Assembly (NCBI GenBank): GCA_964016885.1 | Contig: OZ024741.1 | Coordinates: 130,200,001-130,264,000 of the forward strand | Reading direction: 5' to 3' | Length of the DNA stretch: 64,000 nt | Origin: Eledone cirrhosa | Taxonomy: Eukaryota | In this document: positions 50,576 to 64,000 of the stretch, one piece after another | Layout of the letters: every line of letters begins with the position of its first letter | Numbering within the stretch: position 1 is the first letter of the stretch | Notes under the pieces: model-generated | Seen by the model: the letters and a program-made list of their open reading frames with translations, nothing else | The model's database searches: none | Told to the model about the DNA's origin: nothing | Program-made: the position numbers and the translations under genes

Positions 50576-51720
50576 TCGAAATATAATAAATGAATGTAAC
50601 AGATATTGAATACATGGGGCTGAAAATCATAGACCCGAGGACGACCGACCATCTAGCATCTTCCACTTTAGCCGGTCGCCCTCAAGTGCTGCTCATTCGG
50701 CCTACTTAAGGCTATCTGGTGAGGGGGCTAAAGCTTATAGTGTGCTACTAACCTCCCGGTCAAGAGAAGAAAAACAGAAAGGAAGAAGAAGAAAAGTCAG
50801 CGTTAATGTCATGCTACAAGAAAAAAGACAGAAAGAAAGAGGAAGAAAAGTCAGCATTAATGCCATGCTACAGTCAGGCCAGGAATTGCCGCGAAAAAAG
50901 TTATTCTAAAGGAGCCGTATCTTAACAGAGGTATATATTATAACAGAGGTATATATAGTGGGGGGTCTACATGGTATAATGTGTGAATAGAAGATTGGAA
51001 CGTTACATTTTGTTTAGATTTATAGGATGAAGTTAAAAAAATTAAAGATTAACATTATAAAATTAAAAAATTAAAAAATTGAAAATTAAACAGTTAAACA
51101 TTTTTTAAGGTTTGGGGATGCGAGGTTTAGTTAAAGAAAGAGTCTTTAAGAAGAAACTTTAATTGTATTATAGAGATCCTCTATAAGTTATCCGAGTGGG
51201 GGTAGAGTAAGGATTATGTCCTTGTTTAGCAGTCAAACAGCATGCAGCGACTGCAGACTCCGGCCAGTCCATCCTAACAACGTGTCAGCCATTCCGAGTG
51301 AGATCGCCTAGCAAAAGATATGGAAATCAATTATTCCAAGCACTCTCGGGATGTATTCCAGGCTTCAGGTGTGCTAGTGGGAAGTCAGCCATCGTCGTTA
51401 GGCCATCGTTATACCAAACGAGTACTATTAATTTACACAGGAGTGGGATTTGTTTAAGTAGAGGGAGGCATGATACAGCTAATAGTTATAATTAGGCCTA
51501 GAATTTAAAGGTAATATATGGCCGTCAAAAAGCGGCTGCGCGGCGGGCCCCGAGGCGAATCAAGCCTCTCCGAGTAATTTCATTTACCGAAAGATGGGGA
51601 AATTTATTTCTCCAAGCACTCAAGTTTCGACGGCTATTTGAATCCAGAAATAGCCGTCGAAACAGCTTGATCTCTGCCGTCGGGGTCATACTTTTTCCTA
51701 TATATATATATATATATATG

Positions 51721-52922
51721 TCAGGTCACCACTTAGTGCTACTGGTAACATGTATTCCAGTACAACCTGTCCCATGGTCGGGTCGTTGGCGACTAAACTG
51801 GCAACCCCACCAATGTTTCTTGGTGAGGAGGGTGACTTTGGACATCCTGCAGGACTAAAAACAAAACCTGTCAAAGGGCAAAGGAGCTCTTAAGAGTCAA
51901 TGACCATCAAAAATCACCGTAAGAGATGATCCCTTAGCCTTTGTCAAGGCAGAATTCTAGGAGAAGGAAAACTCTGATATAACACCTGCAACCCTGATGG
52001 TATCCAATGATGTTGACTTGTTCTTCTTTTTGGTAAATATCATCTTGGTTAAGAGAGTGGGACTGGCTTTGTGCAGTGCCTTTTCTCACTATAAAAGCTT
52101 CACGGCACAGGCATTGCTTTGTATCTGGAGATCTCTCTGCACTTGTCGTCACATGGTATCATGGGCCCAGCACTGTGTCAATAATTGTCACAAGTGTAGT
52201 GTTTGTACCAGAGTTTTCAAGTCGCTGGCTGGACTAAAAAGTCACACTCGTTCAGCGCATCGGTAGGCGTTCTCCTACATGGCTATAAAGTAGTGGCCGT
52301 ACTCGAAAACGAGTTGGCAGCCACCATGTATGTATATATGTCAGGTAACCAGTTGGTCCTACCGGTAACATGTATCCCAGTACAACCTGTCTCATGGTCG
52401 GGTCGTTGGCGACTAAACTGGCAACCCCACCAATGTTTCTTGGTGGGGAGGGTGACTTAGGACATCCTGCAGGACTAAAAACAAAACTTGTCAAAGGGCA
52501 AAGGCGCTCTTAAGAGTCAATGGCCATCCAAAATCACCGGGAGAGATGACCCCTTAGCCTTTGTCAAGGCAGAATTCTAGGAGAAGGAAAACTCTGATAT
52601 AACACCTGCAACCCTGATGGTATCCAATGATGTTGACTTGTTCTTCTTTTTGGTAAATATCATCTTGGTTAAGAGAGTGGGACTGGCTTTGTGCAGTGCC
52701 TTTGCTCACTATAAAAGCTTCACGGCACAGGCATTGCTTTGTATCTGGAGATCTCTCTGCACTTGTCGTCACATGGTACCATGGGCCCAGCACTATGTGT
52801 CAATGATTGTCACAAGTCGCTGGCTGGACTAAAAAGTCACACTCGTTCAGCGCATCGGTAGGGGTTCTTCTACATGGATATAAAGTAGTGGCCGTACTCG
52901 AAAACGAGTTGGCAGCCACCAT
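51721..52922 (+). mobile_element. Head-to-tail dimer (620-bp period) of a short RTE-derived non-autonomous element
   Basis: Units start TCAGGT at 51721 and 52341. The 3' part encodes [24 protein letters not shown] (RTE-type terminal C2H2), partly deleted in unit 2. Confidence 0.75.
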
Positions 52923-52939
52923 ATATGTACTAAGTATAC

Positions 52940-53011
<72 letters not shown>

Positions 53012-53023
53012 ATATATATATAT

Positions 53024-53131
<108 letters not shown>

Positions 53132-53160
53132 AAAACCACAGACCCTCCATCTCAACTCAT

Positions 53161-53196
53161 CTTTTGAAAAGCAGAAGAACTGCGAAACCGGTAAAG
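53161..53196 (+). ncRNA. Minimal variant HHR (UUGAAAA core)
   Basis: CTT-TTGAAAA-GCAG-AAGAA-CTGC-GAAAC-CG-GTA-AAG. Confidence 0.55.
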
Positions 53197-53266
53197 GAAC
53201 CAAATAAATATATATATTTAAAAAAAAAATAAGACTCCAGTTGCATTTTCGATTTCATCTCTTTTT

Positions 53267-53482
<216 letters not shown>

Positions 53483-53634
53483 GGCTCCGTTAATTTGTTG
53501 AGCTATTTCAAATGTCCAGTAAACTTGGCTGCTATTTTTACTGGTGTAGGTTTGTGAGACACGCTAGGATTCCATGTGCGCTGTTTTATATATTTTATAT
53601 ATAGCATACTTAGATGTGTCTAGGATACTAATTC

Positions 53635-53709
53635 ATCACCCACTGATGAGCTTGGATTGGTATTTCTAATCACAATTAACTTTGCGAAACAACAAGTTGT
53701 CTGGGTGAT
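53635..53709 (+). ncRNA. Type-I hammerhead ribozyme, canonical core
   Basis: ATCACCCA-CTGATGA-GC...GC-GAAAC-AAC-AA-GTT-GTC-TGGGTGAT: perfect 8-bp stem I, 5-bp stem III and GUC triplet. Confidence 0.85.
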
Positions 53710-53961
53710 TGGTAGTTACCACAATTCCGATTTGTATTTATTTTCTTAATTTTTTCTTTAATTGAGATAAGCGAACCCAATTGTCTATAGTTAGTATTCT
53801 TTTCACCTTAACGAATCAGGTCCCTTACGATTTTAACACATATCTGTATACATCTGTTCGTTTTTTTTTATATTCTATTATACTATACGGCTGAGAAATA
53901 TCTCTTTCTTAGAGCTATTTTATTGTAAGAGACTATTTTGAGTTCCTAACTCCATATATAC

Positions 53962-54033
<72 letters not shown>

Positions 54034-54198
54034 TTTGTTCGTACTGCCTCTCTGTTTTGTTCCCGTTCAATTTTTTACTATATATATATATATATATATA
54101 TCCTGTAGAATCTCATCTATATTAAAACTTTTATACTCTGCTATGTATTGAGTACCTTACTTACTGTGGTTACCTCCGATTCAACCCGGAATAACTTA

Positions 54199-54257
<59 letters not shown>

Positions 54258-54344
54258 TATTAGGGAGAGGATCAGGGGTGTATAACACTCCACTTATCCA
54301 ACAGGCAGTATAAGGTTAGCTCGATGTCTGAGGACAGAGCCGTG

Positions 54345-55886
54345 ATATAATCAACAACAAAGAACGCCTATAGCATATGCATATCTTTACTTGCTAACAT
54401 TGTTTCATCCGCACTATAAGTGGGACTCATCAGAGCATAAAGGTTGATTACATATCACACAAGCCATAACAAATCCAAGACATTGAAGAAATAAAGAATA
54501 AAAAATAATAAAAAATAAAAAATATTGAGGAAGTAAAAATAAAAATAAACATTGAAAAATAAACATTGAAAAATAAACATTGAAAAATAATTGAAAAATA
54601 AGGGGTGCTATCAGTCACAGTTGGGCGGGGTGCTGTCAACATATAGTTACATACAAGCATACACATGGATAAGAGAACAGACAAGAATAGATAAGATAGA
54701 TAGGATTAGGTAAGAATAGATAAAAAATAGGTGAAAAATAGGTAAAAAATAGACATATAATATATATAAGAAAGTGTCACAGTTATCAGCATCACTTGAC
54801 CATTGCAATGCAATGGAGACGTCCCAGGTTGGACAGTCTCAAAAGTTCACTCGAAAGTCACGGGTGTGCATTCACACAGTTGAGCGGTGGGGTAATCACA
54901 AACCGGTTCACACCCGGGCAGGAGTCCAATGGTCAACAGAGGTACATCGAAGGAAGGTAGGAGAATTCACGTGCAGCAGCAAGAGGCAGACAAGTGGGCC
55001 GAAAGCAAGCAGGTGCAGGCGGGCTAGCCGAAAGCAAGCAAATACAGTTGCATTGCAATGGTCAAGTGATGCTGATAACTGTGACACTTAGGGCCTTCGT
55101 GGGCCCCTGATATATTCAAGAAATATATTCTAAAAAAATATATATTCAAGAAATATATTCTAAAAAAATATATATCTTATCTCAATTTACTTTATTTTAT
55201 TTTATTTTATTTCATTTCATTTTATTTAATTTTATTTATTTAATTTTATTTAATTATATCTTATATTATATTATTTTATTTTAGTTTATTTTATTTTATT
55301 TTATTTTATTTTATTTTATCTTATTTTATTATTATATTATATTATATTTTATTTTATATAATTTTAATTTTAATTTAATTTTATTTTATTTTATTCTATT
55401 TCATTCCTTACCCTGTATCACTATTATCTGTATATTTTATATGTATGTTTTTTATATTTTCTTATATATATCATATGTCTATTTTTTACCTATTTTTCAC
55501 CTATTTTTTATCTATTCTTACCTAATCCTATCTATCTTATCTATTCTTGTGTGTTCTCTTATCCATGTGTATGCTTGTATGTAACTATATGTTGACAGCA
55601 CCCCGCCCAACTGTGACTGATAGCACCCCTTATTTTTCAATTATTTTTCAATGTTTATTTTTCAATGTTTATTTTTCAATGTTTATTTTTATTTTTACTT
55701 CCTCAATATTTTTTATCTTTTATTATTTTTTATTCTTTATTTCTTCAATGTCTTGGATTTGTTATTGCTTGTGTGATATGTAATCAACCTTTATGCTCTG
55801 ATGAGTCCCACTTATAGTGCGGATGAAACAATGTTAGCAAGTAAAGATATGCATATGCTATAGGCGTTCTTTGTTGTTGATTATAT
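54345..55886. mobile_element. Large fold-back module with an HHR in each arm (54392-54437 minus; 55794-55839 plus)
   Basis: Arms 54345-54772 / 55458-55886 plus 54772-54813 / 55048-55089. HHR: TGCT-CTGATGA-GTCC..GGAT-GAAAC-AAT-GTT-AGCA. Confidence 0.88.
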
Positions 55887-56037
55887 ATATATATATATAT
55901 TTATTGGCGAGTGTTTTCGCGTATGCTTGTCTATGTACATATATGGATGTGTGTATGTATTTATTTAATTTCAATTACCTCTATATTTTATTTACTTTAT
56001 TCTTAAGTCTGGAGCCGAGAATCATTCGGTTTCCTAG

Positions 56038-56556
56038 TTAGAATTTTAGTCTACGACTTCACTAAACCATTTACGTGATTTTGTCTTTGCGTGTAATTGT
56101 TCTCATTGCTCCACATAATGACGTATTATCTTCGTTTTTACGTTCATTGCCAGAGAACGTCTCCATGAACCACCTAATAGAATATTAGTCTACGACCTCT
56201 TTTATGCCATAAACGTGGTTTTGTCTTTGCGTGTAATTGTTTTCACCGGTCCAAATAATGACGTATTATCTTCGTTTTTTCCCATTCTTTGCCAGGGAAC
56301 GTTTCCACGAACCAAAGTATCGTCTTCCTGTCTTCCTCCGGTTGCAACGTTTTTTGAAATATTCACTTCTGCGTTCACAGATTGACTTTGTTAGTTTCAG
56401 AAGATCCCGTTAAGGGTGAAAGCAGTGATTCTTTGCTTAAACTTTAATCTGTTATTTTAATAAATATTTGCTCTACGGTTCTTATATATTTGATATATAT
56501 TTATCCTTATCGAGCCCTCTTTGGATTTTAGTCTTCAAATTTATTATTATTACTAC
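56038..56556 (+). mobile_element. 3' UTR/pLTR fragment of the second Naiad family, with an internal ~140-bp duplication
   Basis: Matches 40505-40717 and 38062-38340 (reverse complement). TAGAAT..TAGTCTACGAC occurs at 56039 and 56178. Confidence 0.85.
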
Positions 56557-56565
56557 TATATATTT

Positions 56566-57310
<745 letters not shown>

Positions 57311-57905
57311 GATGGGGGGGGGGGGGATAAGAGAGAGAAAGAGCGATAGAGGTGCGTGTGTTTGTGTTTGTATGTATATGTGTGTGTTTGTGTGAAGATT
57401 CTGTGATAATGTGCATATCCTTCCACACAGGCACACTCACGTATACACATACAACACACACACGTTCCTGTATATACGTGTGCGTGTTTGCGGGCTGTTT
57501 GTCTCTGTGTGTGTGTTTGTATATATATATATATAAGTTAAAACAATGAAATAAAAAATCAAGTCATTAGAGATATACTTCACTGCTTTACGATCGTTTC
57601 TAGATGATGATAATACATTGTAGCTATACTACTTCGTTATTTATCTATGTAAGGTTAGTTACAAAATATCAGATAAAGAGAATATTTACTTACATGCATA
57701 TCACCAGCTGTTTTCAAAAGCAATAATAATTTTATTCAAAATTAGTAGTATATTAGTATCTTGTCCTTATTTGGAGGTTGTTGAAGAACTAACCAAACAA
57801 ATTGTTTTTTTCCCATATGATGTTAAGATGAAAAGTAATTCACTTTAAGTTGAGGTCATGACCCTTTGAAAGGAATGGCTGAATGGTGTTAATAATAGAA
57901 TTGCC

Positions 57906-58008
<103 letters not shown>

Positions 58009-58059
58009 TGATGGTAGCTAAGATGCTTCCATATATATATTTATATATATATATTTATA

Positions 58060-58600
58060 TAAAATAAAGTTAAATAAAAGTCAAATGATTAAAATTTAGC
58101 TTCGTTTATTACTGCTATATATATTTCAGTGACAGCCATCTTTGGCTGTGACCTCTTCAGGCAGTTTGAATTAGTATGGTATAGACAAGTACATATGTTG
58201 TTTAGGTGTATGATATTGTCAATACTCTGATATGCCCAGTTCCTTGCTGGGTTGTTAATTCACTGGTTGTTAATTCACATATGACTCCAGTTCCCCAGTG
58301 AATTAACAACCCAGCAAGGAACTGGGCATATCAGAGTATTGACAATATCATACACCTAAACAACATATGTACTTGTCTATACCATACTAATTCAAACTGC
58401 CTGAAGAGGTCACAGCCAAAGATGGCTGTCACTGAAATATATATAGCAGTAATAAACGAAGCTAAATTTTAATCATTTGACTTTTATTTAACTTTATTTT
58501 ACACTACTCCGGAGTAACCAAACCAACCTGCGCACTTCGTCGAGTGCTCCAGTCTGCATACTGAGGTGTTGGTATACAACCAACATAAACTCAAAATCTA
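58060..58600 (+). mobile_element. Near-perfect 207-bp-arm palindrome with an HHR in both arms (58111-58165 minus; 58396-58450 plus) and a unique 3' tail
   Basis: Arms 58060-58266 / 58295-58501. HHR: ACTGC-CTGAAGA-GGTCACAGCCA-AAGA-TGGCTGTCACT-GAAAT-ATAT-ATA-GCAGT. Confidence 0.9.
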
Positions 58601-58634
58601 TATATTTATATATATATATTTATATATATATATT

Positions 58635-58718
<84 letters not shown>

Positions 58719-58754
58719 CACATTATAAATAAATATATATATATATATATACAC

Positions 58755-58815
<61 letters not shown>

Positions 58816-58844
58816 GTTTATATATATATATATATATATCTCAT

Positions 58845-58992
58845 CTAAGGCGGGTAAAATTCCCGAGATCCATGGACGAGTTCTCTCCAGCGGTCTCTGT
58901 CCCTCATTATCGCTGCCATGTCGTGCGTCTCCAACAGACCAGTGTCTGTCCTTAGGGTATCAACATACGTTAACCTTGGTCTTCCTCTTCTA
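58845..58992 (-). pseudogene. RTE LINE extreme 3' end, a second copy of 59919-60065
   Basis: [29 protein letters not shown]. Confidence 0.85.
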
Positions 58993-59199
58993 TATATATA
59001 TAAGTATGTATACGTACATACATATATGTATACAGACGTACAGTAGTATGTATATATATATACATACATGCACACATATATATATGTTCGTATGGATTCA
59101 CCAAACATTTATTATAATGCTCGGTGTGTTTGGAACAGCCGTACTAAGAGTGGGAAATGAAATTTCGTTTCATTTTTCCCAGTATATATATATATATAT

Positions 59200-59318
59200 A
59201 AATATTAAAACAATGAAATTAAACACAAAACTGTTAATTCATAGTAAAAGACATTATTTAATAATGTGTTTTACTATGAATTAACAATTTTGTGTTTAAT
59301 TTCATTGTTTTAATATTT
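59200..59318. repeat. AT-rich palindrome
   Basis: AAATATTAAAACAATGAAATTAAACACAAAA..TTTTGTGTTTAATTTCATTGTTTTAATATTT. Confidence 0.85.
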
Positions 59319-59457
59319 CTATCTTGACTCTGTATCCAATTGAATTATCCTTGATAAAAATGTTTGTATTTTAAACTTTGCTTCACGACATCTTCTACAT
59401 ACGGATTACATTCAGTTCTTTATAAGGTTTAGACCCTACCATTGAGTGGTAGATTTA

Positions 59458-59515
<58 letters not shown>

Positions 59516-59518
<3 letters not shown>

Positions 59519-59921
59519 GTGTATAGTGGTAGCTATGGTGCTTCCATAGGCGGTATGCCAAAATTAGCACTCGATATTCATCAGAGTAGAGTGTAGATAT
59601 TATAAAGAAAACGAAAAATCAGTGGACTTAGTTTATTTCGTGTTACAAATGTTTCGCCTGCATGTAGCTCGAGTCATGGTCCTTGTATGGATCTGGCTGA
59701 TTCTACTTCTGCGGGTTCTTTCAGACACGGGTGTTTCGCCCGGAGCAGATAAAATTTGCTCCGGACGAAACACCCGTGTCTGAAAGAAACCGTAGATGTA
59801 GAATCAGCCAGTTCCATACAAGGACCATGACTCGAGCTACATGCCGGCGAAACATTTGTAACACGAAATAAACTAAGTCCAGATGCATCCCTGATTTTTC
59901 GTTTTCTTTATAATATATCTA
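59516..59921 (-). mobile_element. Fold-back module (59594-59921) with a variant HHR in each arm (59639-59729 minus; 59775-59865 plus)
   Basis: CGTGT-CTGAAAGA...GAAAC-ATTT-GTA-ACACG; central hairpin CCGGAGCA..TGCTCCGG. Confidence 0.8.
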
Positions 59922-60339
59922 AGGCGGGTAAAATTCCCGAGATCCATGGACGAGTTCTCTCCAGCGGTCCCTGTCCCTCATTATCGCTGCCATGTCCTGC
60001 ATCTCCAACAGACCAGTGTCTGTCCTTAGGGCATCAACATACGTTAACCTTGGTCTTCCTCTTCTAGTGTGTACATGTAGGGGCTCCCAAAGGAGTACTG
60101 AGTGCAATGTCAACTCTGGATGTCGGTGAGCATGTCCAGCTAACCTCAGTCTCCTCTGTGTCACTTTTGAGCTGACTTTTGGGATGCTCCCATACAGCTC
60201 TGAGTTTTTCATCCTCAGTGTATACTGATTAATGTTCAGAGCCATCCTCAGCATTCTCGTGTAGCACCCATCCACCATTTGAGTGAGTTTCTTGGTCAGT
60301 GTCCAAGTCTCAGACCCATACAGCAGTGGTATAGTGGAG

Positions 60340-60340
<1 letters not shown>
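59919..60340 (-). pseudogene. RTE-clade LINE 3' fragment
   Basis: [43 protein letters not shown]. Confidence 0.9.
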
Positions 60341-60437
<97 letters not shown>

Positions 60438-60442
60438 TATAT

Positions 60443-60488
<46 letters not shown>

Positions 60489-60963
60489 ACACACACACAT
60501 AGGTTGTATATATGTATGTTACCTAGATATATGTCGTAGAGCAACATTGGATTTAAAGGTGAATATAGTTAGTATATAGAGAAACATTATAGGACCACCC
60601 TGTTTGTGCCTCTTCTCTAGGGAGATTTATTGCTCCACTACTCTGAACTTATCCTGCACTCACCTATCTATGTGAAATAAACCCCTTTCTAGGCTTGATA
60701 AGATTCATGTTGGTGTGGGTGGAGCTAATGGCAGGGCGTGCCAAGGTCACTAAGGTCCCTAAGATATCCTTAGTTTTGTTTGTCTCCCTAACGGTGGTGG
60801 TGGAAGAGGTGGCAGTTGTGATGGGGGTATTAGAGTCAGTGGTGGTGATGTTTGTGGAAAGTTACTAAATTTAAAGAAGTCTGCGTCTCGATTCTAATAT
60901 AAATATAGACATTCACACACACACGCAGACATACACACAGACACACACATACGCACACACACA

Positions 60964-61026
<63 letters not shown>

Positions 61027-61092
61027 TACACGCATGCATATACACATGTGTTTATGTTTATATACATACACACGCACACAGACACAAACATT

Positions 61093-61123
<31 letters not shown>

Positions 61124-61677
61124 GTATGAAGTCCTACCTACCAACATACATACATCTATATACACCCCACTAAAAATCAGTTTACAATTTACGTACCAAG
61201 CCAGTACTTGTTCAGGGAAATGTACTTCGTAGTCATTATAAAGATTAACGTGTTGTGTCTAAGCTAGGATAGGATTCCCATTTCTAATCTTTTTGAATCA
61301 TGAGATTCAGGGAAACGTCTCGTCTATCAAATCATTATTTCAAACTGCTTAAACTTAATTATTTTCACGCCAAAGCAGCATACACTCTCAAACGTTTAGG
61401 GCCGAAACACTGGCTTCTTGATGGGGGTTTTCTTTTCTGAAGTCATTGTGCTGTCCAGCTCTCCTAAGAGTTTCTTTCGACTCTCAGTCATTCACATATG
61501 TAGTAGTTGTGCGTTAGCCTATACTTAGCCGATGAGATTTAATAGGATTGAAACATATCTAGAGTAGTTCGTATTATAACTCCCATAGTTCAAAATTACT
61601 CCAGCATGTATATACATGGTGGATGGAAAGAAATTACTTATAAATTTTGTCCTACAAAATGATATATATATATAAGA

Positions 61678-61743
<66 letters not shown>

Positions 61744-61748
<5 letters not shown>

Positions 61749-61921
61749 AACCAGTAAGACCCCGACAGCTGAGCTCAAGCCGTTTCGACGGCTTAGCCGT
61801 CGAAACGGCTTGAGCTCAGCTGTCGGGGTCTTACTGGTTCCTATTACCCACTCTACTACCTCAAGTATTGAGTACTTTGGTGCGTTATGGTCCACCTGGT
61901 TCCTTACCACATTTCCTTCGT
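61744..61921 (+). mobile_element. Perfect 50-bp-arm hairpin (1-nt spacer at 61794) built from an HHR 3' half, plus a tail; a relative lies at 51624-51700
   Basis: 61744-61793 is the exact reverse complement of 61795-61844; GCCGTC-GAAAC-GGCT..AGCT-GTC-GGGGTC. Confidence 0.85.
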
Positions 61922-61995
<74 letters not shown>

Positions 61996-62049
61996 TGTGC
62001 TTGAAAAATATGCGGTAATGTCAAACATGTTCATGTGTATTCCATGCGT

Positions 62050-62542
62050 TGGGCGTACGGATAGCTAAAGCAAGGCGTGCTCTCGATAGTTTCAGGTCAA
62101 TCAGGAAGTCCTCCCTACCAAACAAAATGACGAAAGGATTTCTCAGAGCTGTTGTTGAATTGGTTCTAATATATGACTCCTCAGCATGGACAATGGCACA
62201 GAGATTAGAGAAAAAATGCTGAACAGGTCCTGGAAGCAGCATTCCACGAAAGGAGAGCTATATGGACGGATTCCTCCTGTATCAGCGTTAAGGAAAGGAG
62301 GATAAGATACACTGGGCATTATTAACGAAGCAGACGATCTTGTTAAAAGTTTTTTTTTTTTTGTGAATGCCAATCCATGGATACACTTGCATCGGGTGTT
62401 CTCGTATGAGTTATATAGACCAACTAATTAAAGATGCTGGTTTGACAATCGAAGACCTAAAAACAGCGATGGAGAACAGGGATATCTGAAGAGGGAGAAA
62501 TGAGTTGGCTCGAGCAATTTGCCCGATCCAATGATGATGATG
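62050..62542 (+). pseudogene. Degenerate RTE LINE 3' fragment with a (TGA)n tail
   Basis: ..TKGFLRAVVELVLIYDSSAWTM..; YIDQLIKDAGL.IEDLKTAMENRDI*; ATGATGATG tail. Confidence 0.75.
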
Positions 62543-63589
62543 GTTAGAGGCTTACGTGCAATTTTAATCTAGCCAGTTTTATTTAAAATGCTTGGCAAGA
62601 TTAAAAGATTTGGCAAAAGGAACTTACCAAAGATATCCTCTAGCAGTAAGTGTGATTGTATCCGAAAGCAACAGATTTCAAAGAGAGTCTTTTACACTAT
62701 ACTAGTAGGATGTAGGAGAATTGTAAGGTGAATTGGCAGAATCGTTAGACAGTCGGATAGAGTGCTTTGCGGTAATCATTCTGGATCTCTACTCTCTGGG
62801 TTCAAATCCCGCCAATGTCGTCTTTCATTCATTCAAGGTCGTTAAAAAAGTACAAGTCCAGTATTGGGGTCGAATATTCTTCTGTATCTTTTTCTTACTT
62901 CTCTCATTACTTATCCTGGTCTGGAAGAAATCTGCTGGAGAGGCGATAGGATCCGCCAGGATTTGAAATGCCCTAGAAATGTCGTATATCAATACGACGC
63001 CGTCGGGAGTTACAGATCCATACATATATACATAGGAACATTTATATCCGGTGAATATTTGCTATTATAATGTGTGGAGATATTCGATAAACAGATTCAC
63101 CATAACATTTAGTCATAGGAAGAGACGAGGGATTTTCTGGTACAAAGATAAAGTGTGCAACAGTTATGATTTAGGTAAATATTGATTTCTAATCAAGGTC
63201 AACTAATTTGTGGGAGCTGCAAAGTTGATTCTATCAATCCAGTACTTCATTGCTACTTTAATGTAACGCCTTCGAAATGATGATATACAAAGATGACCTT
63301 GGTGAGACTTGAACTCAGAAGGAAATGTGGCAGAACAAATACCTCAATGGTATCTTATCCGATACTCTACTAATCCTGCATTTCCCTCCACTTCCGATTT
63401 ACCTCAGCGGCGAGGAACTATTAGTAGTTTGTGATGTAGTGGAATTAGTCTTGTGGGAAAGTAGTACTAGCAAAGTTTCAAGGGTTTAAATACTGATATT
63501 GTTTAAAATAATGTCCAAAAAACTCAACGACGACGACGATAGGAGATAGGAGAACCCCAGACGCGTTCGTGATAGCAGGCGAGGGGGAG

Positions 63590-64000
63590 GTCTTCTCATT
63601 CGAAGTCGGCAGATGGTCTGCCAGAACTCTTTATTTGCTGACCTGAAGTTGGATTCCAGCTTCAATAAAGTCTTCTCATATCTTAAATTTAGACGCCTTT
63701 ACTGTCTCTGCTGCGATTCTTCGTGTCTACTTGTAATGCAAGTGCAAGAAGGAGGACTTATTTCCAAGTCAGCTTTATAGACCTGATTCTTTGCTTGGAT
63801 GGCATATTTAACCTCTTGATTGCCATCCAACTCCACACCAAGCCTCTTTCCCTCGCAGCATTTAATAGCTGAAGCAGAAACTACTGAGCTAAACAATCTT
63901 CACTCCGTCACAACGTCCTCAGTTTGTTCAAGAAGTTCTTTGAATTTGGATGCAATAGTATCTGCATACCTGGCCATAACTCTTTTATCCACCAATGCTT
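63590..64000 (-). pseudogene. RTE-clade LINE fragment (EN-RT linker); continues beyond the window
   Basis: ..NQEVKYAIQAKNQVYKA..; KLESNFRSANKEFWQTICRLR, resembling the RTE-1 motif 'SANKxFWQTIRRLR'. Confidence 0.75.

Noticed and set aside
62900-63025. Possible short host exon
   Set aside because: No recognisable homology or convincing splice-site pair.

Overview
Eukaryotic, AT- and microsatellite-rich, repeat-dense genomic DNA with no confidently identifiable host gene. The SINE types, (TA)n/(CA)n density and TE content suggest an octopus or other coleoid cephalopod; this is inference only. From left to right: a ~7.7 kb G/T-rich minisatellite (21-bp unit, then a 57/114-bp unit); many tRNA-derived SINEs; RTE and CRE LINE fragments; a 5'-truncated Tx1/L1-clade LINE bounded by (ATCT)n, head-to-head with an older related Tx1 3' fragment; five Penelope-like elements (PLEs: two Neptune-like, three Naiad-like); an internally deleted Rep/PIF1 Helitron and short Helitrons; and a Tigger-like MITE. 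The main unexplained structure is ~25 type-I hammerhead-ribozyme (HHR) motifs from more than ten unrelated sequence families, almost all in short non-coding modules inside (TA)n tracts. Many modules are fold-back palindromes. Several unrelated families share a YGAGTRC box ~36-57 nt from their 3' end, which suggests a system of non-autonomous ribozyme-bearing PLE derivatives with a common mobilisation signal. Two Naiad copies also have TGA at normally conserved Cys codons. All motif calls were made by eye and coordinates may be off by a few bases.
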